From NCBI GenBank assembly GCA_964603595.1, contig CAZRVN010000004.1, forward strand, positions 12,680-76,679: DNA of 64,000 bases, written 5' to 3'. Positions within the stretch are counted from its first letter, which is position 1, and the number at the start of each line of letters is the position of its first letter. Below, piece by piece: positions 19,201 through 27,587 of the stretch. The notes under the pieces were generated by a model. The model saw only the letters and a list, made by a program, of their open reading frames with translations, had not been told where the DNA came from and searched no databases. This DNA is from an uncultured Actinomycetota bacterium (lineage in GTDB: Bacteria > Actinomycetota > Humimicrobiia > Humimicrobiales > Humimicrobiaceae). A program made the translations under genes and the position numbers.

Positions 19201-20562
19201 TTACAGCTTATCCTGTAATCTTCTAAGTTTAAGTAACACCGAATCTTCAGCTAACTTCACATCATTATATTTTATAGGTTTATCTTTTTCCACATCTTTT
19301 TTCAAAACACATCCCTGTGATAGGCCAACAGGTAGCAAATTTTGGCTTTTTGCTCTGTCATATTCTTCAATAAGGCCATATACCATATATCTTCCGATAC
19401 CGTCAATCTCTTCCCCGGCTCTCAGGTCTTTTTTTGCTATAGTTATGACTTCTGAAACAAGCCCAAAATCAGGAGTAATAGTTGGTTCACCATAGAAATA
19501 AGCAAGTGCTATAGATAAAGGTGTCTCAATACTTGTCAGGTGATAGGGCCTGTAAAGAAGGTAGTAAGGGCCATCGCCAAGCATCAGATATTTGAGGTCA
19601 GCTTTTATTATTTTATTCCTGGTAGAATAAACAAGAAAAACCCCGGGAGCAAGATCCCCTATTGCAAAATCAACTACACCTTTTCTATTCAATACCCCGC
19701 CGTCACTTTTCAACCTGAATACTTCAAGTAAATCCTTTATATTTGCTTTGGGCCCATGCATGCCCCTGCAGTCCGGCACCAGGCCGGTTGAATTTGAAAG
19801 GCAGGCCATCTCTATCATTGATTTTGTACCATCCACAAAGGACGTCATCATGTTCGGGCTTGAGCCCTTGCTCTCGGCATAATCTTTAAGCGTAGCCGGG
19901 TTAGCATAACGGTCGAGAGGATTATTTTTACCTTTTCCTGCCGCAACTACTTCAAGTCCCAGAGTGGAGGCAAAGTTATACAACTCTTTTAAGGCTGCCG
20001 GCTCATCCCCTGCTGAAACCGTATAAACTACTCCGGCATCATCTGCCATTTTCTTTAGTATGGGTCCAATAGTTACATCTGCTTCCACATTCAGTGTCAC
20101 TACGTGCTTCCCTGATGAAATAGCGTTTGATGCTATATATGCACCTGCCTCGGGGCTTCCTGTAGCATCTATGACTATATCTATATCATCAATTGCAAAT
20201 AAAACTGAAAGGTCGTCTGCCACGATAATCTTATTTTCCCCGGCAGACTGGTTTAGTTTACTTTTTACTCCGCTATCCAAGCCACTATTACCTAAAGCTA
20301 TTTTTTCTATATCATTTCTATTATGGTTTTCACCATGCTTTTTTCCAACCAGTACAATTTCGCTATAATTTATTTCTAATTCTTCCAGAATGCTTATAAC
20401 TCTACCGGCATCCCTGTTTGCAACTGCCACAACCTGCATCCCTTCCAGGTCCCTTAAATGCGATACAAGACTCTTTCCCATCTGCCCCACTCCGGCTAAG
20501 GCAATTTTTATGGTTTTTCCACTTTCCTTAAGTCTATTTAACTTTTCCCTAAAATTTAACAT
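19201..20562 (-). CDS. NAD(P)-dependent oxidoreductase, homoserine-dehydrogenase-like, with C-terminal SAF domain
   Basis: GVGQMG Rossmann fold, IDATGSP, TLNVEADVTIGP, SFVDGTKSMIEM, AKKDLRAGEEIDGIG (SAF). Confidence 0.8.
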   Translation of the reverse strand: MLNFREKLNRLKESGKTIKIALAGVGQMGKSLVSHLRDLEGMQVVAVANRDAGRVISILEELEINYSEIVLVGKKHGENHNRNDIEKIALGNSGLDSGVKSKLNQSAGENKIIVADDLSVLFAIDDIDIVIDATGSPEAGAYIASNAISSGKHVVTLNVEADVTIGPILKKMADDAGVVYTVSAGDEPAALKELYNFASTLGLEVVAAGKGKNNPLDRYANPATLKDYAESKGSSPNMMTSFVDGTKSMIEMACLSNSTGLVPDCRGMHGPKANIKDLLEVFRLKSDGGVLNRKGVVDFAIGDLAPGVFLVYSTRNKIIKADLKYLMLGDGPYYLLYRPYHLTSIETPLSIALAYFYGEPTITPDFGLVSEVITIAKKDLRAGEEIDGIGRYMVYGLIEEYDRAKSQNLLPVGLSQGCVLKKDVEKDKPIKYNDVKLAEDSVLLKLRRLQDKL

Positions 20563-20680
20563 AATTATTTTTTCAAAACTTTCTTAAAATAATAAATTTT
20601 CAAAAACATTCAATAAGCTATTATATTATAATACAGTCCAACCTTAAACTTTAAAAATAAAATTCTTTAAAAACTTTACC

Positions 20681-21970
20681 CTAATCAAACGAAATTGAAT
20701 CAAGCATGGTTTCATAAAGACTGCCTGCAAACTCCCTGTAATAAATATCAGAAATTTTTATGGCAAGATAAAGCATATTATTCTTTTCCATAAAAATAAG
20801 TTCAACATCCCAGCCGCTATTATCCTCTTTTGTATAAGAATAATTAATACGCCTGCAGATAGCACCATTGATTTCCCCCGTATGCTCCCCGCTCTTTATT
20901 TCCATACCATCATCCGTATCAACTACTTCTGTCAATATGCTTTCAGAGAAATCAGAATATTGGTCCCCGGAAGGGTAGTAACCCTCCTTTAAAACCATAA
21001 CCTTTATTTCAACAGGATTATCCACATCCTCAAGTGATGGCATAAAATTTACCTCAAGCCCTCTGTTGTCTTCCCCTTCTTCATAAATCCAGCTGTCAGG
21101 GTAAAGAATAAAAAATTTATAATCTTCTTTCCTATATATATTGTTGTCGCAAAAAGTGGCATCCGGGATTTCCCTTTTCACCACCTCAAAAATATACTCA
21201 TCCTCTATAAGCCCATTACGGTATACATCCACATGATAATCAGTTACAGGCCATGGTTCATCATCAATCATTTCAAATACTATAAAACCGGGAAGATAAT
21301 AATTCTTTTCAATATTAACTTCCTCCTCACCAAGAAGTTCATCTTCACCCTTATACCACTTTACACCTATAGTTTCGCCTGCTATCTGGTAATCCAGCTC
21401 TACCAGTGTATATATAACATCGTCAGGATAAAAAATTCTAGTGATATCAACAGGCTGGCCTTTCCCATCAATTTCACTGGATAATACTACTCTGGTTATC
21501 TCCGGCACAGGTGGCTCTATGGTAAAGTATGCGCTGCTTATTAACCCGCCGTTATGATAAAAATTAACACTGTAATTACCCGGCTCTCCTATAATGCCGG
21601 CCTTGTCTGCAGGAGTCAGGCAATTTGAAAGATGCCCTTCAACGTGCGCACTATCGCCGTCAGAATACTTGCCATCAGATTCTGCAATTATTTTTCCCGT
21701 ATCTTCATTTATCCAGACAAACTTCCATTCATCCCTGGCACTAGCACCGGATACTTCTATCACTGCAAATATCTCATTTTCATCAATATAAAAACTGTCT
21801 TTAGTTCCAGCAGGTTTAAAAGTTACGCCATCTACCTCCCCGCAAACTATCAAATCACCAAAACTTAATTCCTGTCTGCATGATTTAATAAAAGGCGAAA
21901 ATACCAGCATTACAATAATCATAAGTATTAATACCAATATTTTTCTGGCAGTTTGATTTTTAACCATCAT
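20681..21970 (-). CDS. Hypothetical lipoprotein, two repeated beta-sandwich-like domains plus PsbP-like C-terminus
   Basis: Signal ending KSC; internal similarity (DGVTFKP...FYIDENEIF vs DGKGQP...FYPDDVIY); FFILYPDSW. Confidence 0.55.
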   Translation of the reverse strand: MMVKNQTARKILVLILMIIVMLVFSPFIKSCRQELSFGDLIVCGEVDGVTFKPAGTKDSFYIDENEIFAVIEVSGASARDEWKFVWINEDTGKIIAESDGKYSDGDSAHVEGHLSNCLTPADKAGIIGEPGNYSVNFYHNGGLISSAYFTIEPPVPEITRVVLSSEIDGKGQPVDITRIFYPDDVIYTLVELDYQIAGETIGVKWYKGEDELLGEEEVNIEKNYYLPGFIVFEMIDDEPWPVTDYHVDVYRNGLIEDEYIFEVVKREIPDATFCDNNIYRKEDYKFFILYPDSWIYEEGEDNRGLEVNFMPSLEDVDNPVEIKVMVLKEGYYPSGDQYSDFSESILTEVVDTDDGMEIKSGEHTGEINGAICRRINYSYTKEDNSGWDVELIFMEKNNMLYLAIKISDIYYREFAGSLYETMLDSISFD

Positions 21971-22140
21971 ATCAAGGAGACACTTAAGGAAAATTTTAAT
22001 ATTAGAAACATAGTTTATAGAAAGTATTTATAGCTATAATTAAAGAATAAAGCCACTTTGATTTCTTTACGGACATTACCTCTTTCATTTCCTATATATT
22101 ATAACCAATAATATTCTGCTTATCTATTTATATAAAACTG

Positions 22141-22485
22141 CTAGGATTGTCCCCTGTTTGGTACCACGCATATCATGCTCAACCCATTTTCTCCCGCCCT
22201 GAACTGGTGCAGTTCTGATGGTTCTACATAAATGAAATCATCCTTTTCAATACTTACATCTTCACCGTCTTTAAATACAAAACCATCTCCACTTACAATA
22301 TATACTTCGTGCTCCCAATCATGGCGGTGCCTGGGTGTGTATCCCCCCGGACTTATTTCAAAAAGTCTCATGGAAAAAGTTGGAGTTCCATCCTTTAACG
22401 TTAGCATAGGATAATAGTTAACCTTTTTTGTTTCACTATTATCTTTTAAAATAGGGTCAAATTCTCTTTTCTTTTTTATAATCAT
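22141..22485 (-). CDS. Cupin domain protein
   Basis: PGGYTPRHRHDWEHEVYIVSGDG, PSELHQF. Confidence 0.88.
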   Translation of the reverse strand: MIIKKKREFDPILKDNSETKKVNYYPMLTLKDGTPTFSMRLFEISPGGYTPRHRHDWEHEVYIVSGDGFVFKDGEDVSIEKDDFIYVEPSELHQFRAGENGLSMICVVPNRGQS

Positions 22486-22639
22486 TCATTCTCCTTTTCC
22501 CCCGTACGCATTTTCTATAAATTATCAAAATTTATACCTGATTATACATTAATACAAGAGTTATACACAAATAAAGTAAGGCCAGAATTTTAAATAAGTG
22601 TTACTTTAAAATTTAAAATAGAAAAATAATGTATGATGC

Positions 22640-22694
22640 TTGACTCTAAAAAAGAAAAATGTTATATTCGGAAAACGTGTTAGAAAACGTGTTC
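22640..22694 (+). promoter_or_regulatory. Sigma70-type promoter followed by two LacI-type operators
   Basis: TTGACT (22640-45), 17 nt, TG-n-TATATT (22663-68); GAAAACGTGTT at 22671-81 and GAAAACGTGTTC at 22683-94. Confidence 0.75.
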
Positions 22695-22711
22695 CTATTT
22701 TATAATTAGAA

Positions 22712-23764
22712 GTGTTTTATTTAATTATGGATAGTAAAGAAATAGCTAAACTGGCAGGTGTTTCAAGAAGTACTATTTCCAAGGTAGTAAATAATTATGA
22801 ACACATTTCAGATAAAACAAAAAAGAAAGTGCTTGAAGTTGTAAATAAATATGGCTATGTTCCCCACGCTTCAGCCAGAAATCTCGCCGGCAAATCAAAT
22901 AAAATGATAGGGGTTTTCATAACAGATATTAACCATAACAGTAGAAATCTTAAAGTTATTGAAAGTGACTATTTCTCCCCATTTACTACTGCAACAATAG
23001 ATTTCGCTGATAAATATAAGTACAATGTACTGGTTTTGGTAATAGATAAAAATAGAGAGTTTGAGAAAGTAAGAAAGCTTCTTTATAACAAAACAGTGTC
23101 CGGGGGAATCTTTATTGGGGCAGAAAATAATGTAGAAGAGATTTTTAAACTTATAAAATCTGGTTATAAACTGGTGATTATAGATCAGGATAAAAATACG
23201 GATAAAAAATTGGGCAAGCATATTATAATCAATTCCAAGAATTTAGAAGGTGCATACAAAGCTACAAAACATCTTATAGCTTATGGCCATAAGGAAATAG
23301 CACATATTTGTGGAAATATGAATAAATTCTCGGGTTTTAAGCGACTGGAAGGTTATAAAAAAGCCCTGAATGAAGAGTGTATCCCTATAAAAAAAGAATA
23401 TATTGTTGAGGGGGATTTTACTGAGGACAGTGGATATGAAGCAGCAAAAAAACTCTTCAATAAAAAGAATAAGATAACAGGTATTTTTGCATCCAATGAT
23501 AGTATGGCTATTGGTGCAATAAAATTCCTGAAGGATATAGGAATTAAAATACCTGATGATATTTCTATTGTAGGTTATGACGACATAAGGATTGCAGGGT
23601 ATATTTCACCTTCTCTTACTACAATAAGAGCTTCTATGATAGAAATGGCATCAATTGCAGTAAACAATCTGATCAAATTTATTGAAAAAGATATTGCCTA
23701 TCCTAAATATAATACTGTTGCTACTGAATTGATTATAAGGGAATCCAGTAAAAAAATAATATGA
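22712..23764 (+). CDS. LacI family transcriptional regulator (start probably ATG 22727)
   Basis: SKEIAKLAGVSRSTISKVVN HTH, YVPHASARNL, ISIVGYDDI, PSLTTI. Confidence 0.95.
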   Translation: MFYLIMDSKEIAKLAGVSRSTISKVVNNYEHISDKTKKKVLEVVNKYGYVPHASARNLAGKSNKMIGVFITDINHNSRNLKVIESDYFSPFTTATIDFADKYKYNVLVLVIDKNREFEKVRKLLYNKTVSGGIFIGAENNVEEIFKLIKSGYKLVIIDQDKNTDKKLGKHIIINSKNLEGAYKATKHLIAYGHKEIAHICGNMNKFSGFKRLEGYKKALNEECIPIKKEYIVEGDFTEDSGYEAAKKLFNKKNKITGIFASNDSMAIGAIKFLKDIGIKIPDDISIVGYDDIRIAGYISPSLTTIRASMIEMASIAVNNLIKFIEKDIAYPKYNTVATELIIRESSKKII

Positions 23765-23806
23765 TAAAAATCTAGTTTTAATATGGGTTATTACAATTAC
23801 AATTAA

Positions 23807-23824
23807 TAAGCCCCAGAGGGCTTA
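23807..23824. terminator. Short GC hairpin after lacI-type gene
   Basis: TAAGCCC-CAGA-GGGCTTA; no clear + strand U-tract. Confidence 0.4.
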
Positions 23825-24031
23825 AAATAGGTGACTTTTTTATAAAAAAACAGCAATTAAATTATTTTATACAAAATAAAAACTTTAATAAGAAAATATA
23901 AATTAGGAAGGGGGTATTTTATTACTAATCAAAAGTGAGATTCGTTTAGATATTGTATAGCACGGTCGGCATACATTCTAAACAAATCTCGAGAGAAATT
24001 TTAGCAAATTTTTTAAGCAATTAAAAGGAGG

Positions 24032-25432
24032 ATGAAAAGCAAAATGAAGAAAGCACTTATAGTTTTACTGGTCCTATCAATGATTGCAGTATTTTCTCTC
24101 GCAGGTTGTAAGGGGGAAGTAGCAGATGCAGGTGATGACGTAGAAGTAGCTGATGCAGGTGCTGATGCGGATGCTGATGCAGATGCAGACGCAGACGCAG
24201 ATGTTGAAGAGATAGACCCCGCAAGTTTTGAAGGTACTGTAGAATTTTGGTGTTTCGCTACTGAATTTGAAAATTTCATACCAAAATTCAATGAAACCTA
24301 CCCAAACATTAAAGTAAACTGGACAAATATACCGAATGAAGAAATTGCTTCTAAATTAGAGACTGCTTTGAGTACCGGAACAGGTGCCCCGGATGTATTC
24401 GTCGGAGAAATAGCTTATGTAAAAAAATGGGTAGATTCCGATGTGTGGGAAAATCTTTCCGCAGCTCCATATAATGCTGAAGAAATAGTTGGAGATTTGG
24501 CAGAATATGTTGTTGATGCTGGAAGAGATGCTGACGGCAATATAAGAGGTCTAAGCTGGCAGGCAACCCCGGGGGGAGTATTTTACAGAAGAAGCATGGC
24601 AGAGGAATATTTCGGAACAGATGACCCTGGTGAAATAGCAGAATTAATGTCCACTATGGATGGATACATTGATATGGGAAGAACTATTAAAGAAGAAAGT
24701 GGAGGAGAAAATTTCCTGATAGCCGGCTGGCAGGATTTACAGTGGTTCCCATTTAATGCCCGGACCAATCCATGGGTAAAAGACGGTAAATTGATGATTG
24801 ACCAGCCAATACTGGACTACTTTGACCAGGCAAAATTAATAAGGGATGAAGGTCTTGACAATAAAATTGCACAATGGACTCCGGAATGGTTTGCTGGAAT
24901 GAATGATAATATATTCTCGTATGTTATGCCAACCTGGGGCCTGTTCTTTGTCATTGATCCTACTATAAATCCTGAAGAACCAGAAGAGGGAGTAGAATAT
25001 ACTTCAGGTGACTGGGCAGTAGCATCCGGTCCGGCTCCCTATTTCTGGGGCGGTACATGGCTTGGTGTATACAAAGATAGTGAAGTAAAAGATCTCGCCT
25101 GGGAATTTGTGAAGTTCATATCAACGGATGAAGATTTCTTAAAATGGGACGCTCAAACATACGGAGACTATGTTGCTGACCTGGCAGTCGTAGAAGAAAT
25201 TAAAGATGATTTCTCATGGGAATCTTTAGGCGGGCAGAATCATTATGAATTCTTCTATGAGGAAGCACAGAAAATTGATGCTTCAAAAATAACGAAGTAT
25301 GATCAGGAAATTCAGAATATGTTACTGGCTGCTATTACTCAGTATGTAGAGGGCACTCTTACGAAAGAGGAAGCTATAGCTCAATTTAAAACTGATGTTC
25401 AGACAGCTTTTCCTGAAGTTGATGTGGATTAA
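24032..25432 (+). CDS. Carbohydrate ABC transporter substrate-binding lipoprotein
   Basis: Lipobox LAGC, acidic linker, GAPDVFVGE, WGGTWLGV; RBS AAGGAGG. Confidence 0.92.
   Translation: MKSKMKKALIVLLVLSMIAVFSLAGCKGEVADAGDDVEVADAGADADADADADADADVEEIDPASFEGTVEFWCFATEFENFIPKFNETYPNIKVNWTNIPNEEIASKLETALSTGTGAPDVFVGEIAYVKKWVDSDVWENLSAAPYNAEEIVGDLAEYVVDAGRDADGNIRGLSWQATPGGVFYRRSMAEEYFGTDDPGEIAELMSTMDGYIDMGRTIKEESGGENFLIAGWQDLQWFPFNARTNPWVKDGKLMIDQPILDYFDQAKLIRDEGLDNKIAQWTPEWFAGMNDNIFSYVMPTWGLFFVIDPTINPEEPEEGVEYTSGDWAVASGPAPYFWGGTWLGVYKDSEVKDLAWEFVKFISTDEDFLKWDAQTYGDYVADLAVVEEIKDDFSWESLGGQNHYEFFYEEAQKIDASKITKYDQEIQNMLLAAITQYVEGTLTKEEAIAQFKTDVQTAFPEVDVD
24161..24202 (+). repeat. 7x GCN-GAY coding repeat (Ala-Asp linker)
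   Basis: gctgatgcggatgctgatgcagatgcagacgcagacgcagat. Confidence 0.9.
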
Positions 25433-25467
25433 AAGTTATTAAAACTTTTGGCCTCTCTAATCAGAAG

Positions 25468-25532
25468 GATGGGTATTAGCTTGAAAAAATTAGTAAAAAT
25501 GCAAAAGAATATTTTTAAAGTTAATACCCATC
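25468..25532 (+). other. Intercistronic stem-loop after SBP gene
   Basis: GATGGGTATTAGCTT (25468-82) pairs with AAGTTAATACCCATC (25518-32), one G-U pair. Confidence 0.6.
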
Positions 25533-25568
25533 AATTATTTTATATAGTTAGATGCAAGGTAGATTAAA

Positions 25569-26492
25569 ATGGAAAGATTTAGACTAAGAAAAGATAATTA
25601 CGGGTATATATTTATAATACCATTCTTTCTGGTCTTTTTAGGGCTCCAACTATACCCCATCTTATACACCCTTTATCTTAGCTTCCAACAATATGATGGT
25701 ATCTCAAATGCCCAATTCATAGGACTAGACAATTATGCCAGACTTATAAAAGACCCTGTTTTTTTAAAGGCAATATATAATACCTGGCGAATATGGTTAT
25801 GCAATTTTATACCCCAGCTTATTTTTGGTCTGGGTCTTGCTGCTATACTTACCCAGTCCCGGATAAAAGGAAGAAGTTTTTTCAGAGCAATATATTTTCT
25901 TCCGAACCTGGTTACTGCAGCATCAATAGGAATATTATTCAGCATATTATTGGGCAGGCAGTACGGCACAATTAATCAAATGTTGCTGGGGATAGGATTA
26001 ATAAAAGAGCCAATATATTTTTTAGGGAGTCCGGGATGGCATGGCTGGGGATGGCCAAGTATAACTGTTTCAGCCATCTTATGGTGGATGTGGTTTGGGC
26101 ATAGTATGATCATTTTCATGGCAGGCATAAGAGCTATTCCTAATAATTTATATGAAGCAGCACGTGTTGATGGAGCAAACGGATGGCAGTCTTTCTGGAA
26201 AATAACTCTACCTTTACTCAAGCCCATAATGATTTATGTTCTCGTTACATCTCTAATAGGTGGAATGCAGAACTTTGATGTCCCTTATGTTATAGGAGAA
26301 GGAATGACACTGGGAACGGGTGAACCGCAAAAAGTATTATTAACAATGGTAATGTATCTATATAACACTGCATTCAAGTATAGTAACCGCGGTTATGCCG
26401 CTGCTATTGCATATGGCTTGTTTTTCATAATTATTGTATTTTCGGTAATTATCTTTATATTTATGCAGAGAAGAGAGAAACAGAAAGTATAG
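25569..26492 (+). CDS. Carbohydrate ABC transporter permease
   Basis: LYEAARVDGANGWQSFWKITLPLLKP (EAA motif), multiple TM. Confidence 0.95.
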   Translation: MERFRLRKDNYGYIFIIPFFLVFLGLQLYPILYTLYLSFQQYDGISNAQFIGLDNYARLIKDPVFLKAIYNTWRIWLCNFIPQLIFGLGLAAILTQSRIKGRSFFRAIYFLPNLVTAASIGILFSILLGRQYGTINQMLLGIGLIKEPIYFLGSPGWHGWGWPSITVSAILWWMWFGHSMIIFMAGIRAIPNNLYEAARVDGANGWQSFWKITLPLLKPIMIYVLVTSLIGGMQNFDVPYVIGEGMTLGTGEPQKVLLTMVMYLYNTAFKYSNRGYAAAIAYGLFFIIIVFSVIIFIFMQRREKQKV

Positions 26493-26502
26493 GTGCTAAA
26501 AA

Positions 26503-27369
26503 ATGAATAATAACCTAAAAAAAACAGGGAAAACTAATAGGTTTTTTAAAAACTTTAGGATGAGTGTTATTCTGCTTTATATTTTTCTAATACTGCTGGC
26601 AATTATCTGTTACATCCCATTCTATATCATGATTATTAATGGAACCCGTTCTACCACACAGATAAATCTGGGCTTAAGCTTGCTTCCTGGTACAGGTATG
26701 GTTGAAAATTATGTTAAGATGCAGGATTCTATGAATATATGGAGAGGTTTTTTAAATAGTATATTGGTTGCTCTACCTTCCACTTTATTTGCAGGATACT
26801 TTGGAGCACTAACGGCATATGCATTTTCAAAATTTAATTTCAAAGGAAACAGGATATTATTCTGGCTGGTCCTTGCTACCATGATGGTGCCAACTCAATT
26901 AGGGCTTGTGGGTTATTATCAACTTGCCGGAAAGTTACACCTGATTGATACCCTATGGGCTTTAATTTTACCATCAATAGCCAATGCGGGTACGGTATTT
27001 TTCTTGAAAATGTATATAGATGCCAATTTGAGTGATTCTTTGCTGGAAGCATCAAGAATTGATGGCGGTAATGAATTTTATATATTTAATAAGGTAGTAT
27101 TTCCTATAATAACGCCCGGTGTAGCTATGATATCAATTTTAAACTTCGTATTTTACTGGAATAACTATATTACACCACTGGCTTTATTAAATTCCAAGGA
27201 TAATTATACATTACCAATTTTAATAGCCCTGGTTAAGGGTACATATAAGCAAAATATCGGTTCACAGTATCTTGCTGTAGGAATTTCGGTGATTCCTATA
27301 ATAATCTCCTTTATGTTTTTCTCCAGGTATATTATTAGCGGTGTGGCTGCAGGAGCAATTAAAGAATAG
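26503..27369 (+). CDS. Carbohydrate ABC transporter permease
   Basis: SLLEASRIDGGNEFYIFNKVVFP, WNNY, GAIKE end. Confidence 0.95.
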   Translation: MNNNLKKTGKTNRFFKNFRMSVILLYIFLILLAIICYIPFYIMIINGTRSTTQINLGLSLLPGTGMVENYVKMQDSMNIWRGFLNSILVALPSTLFAGYFGALTAYAFSKFNFKGNRILFWLVLATMMVPTQLGLVGYYQLAGKLHLIDTLWALILPSIANAGTVFFLKMYIDANLSDSLLEASRIDGGNEFYIFNKVVFPIITPGVAMISILNFVFYWNNYITPLALLNSKDNYTLPILIALVKGTYKQNIGSQYLAVGISVIPIIISFMFFSRYIISGVAAGAIKE

Positions 27370-27587
27370 CCGAAATTTAATAAAATAAAACAGTTTTAAC
27401 CATTACTATTAAGTAAAAAGTTTCATATCTATTTAATCCTACCTTTAAGTTCTTATCTTAATTTAAAGGCAGATAATATCGTTATATTGAAAGTACCACA
27501 TAAAACCGGGGTTTAGAAATTTAATTGTTGCAGGATAAAAAAGGAATAGAAGTTTAAAAATACAGTAATCAGAAAGGAGAAAGGTTT

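Noticed and set aside
23960-23970. GCCGACCG on the minus strand resembling a ZTP riboswitch 3' element
   Set aside because: Wrong strand for the downstream gene; the CCTGGGC and 5' pseudoknot partner are absent
24013-24291. Antisense ORF with SASASA repeat
   Set aside because: Mirror of the Ala-Asp linker of the SBP gene
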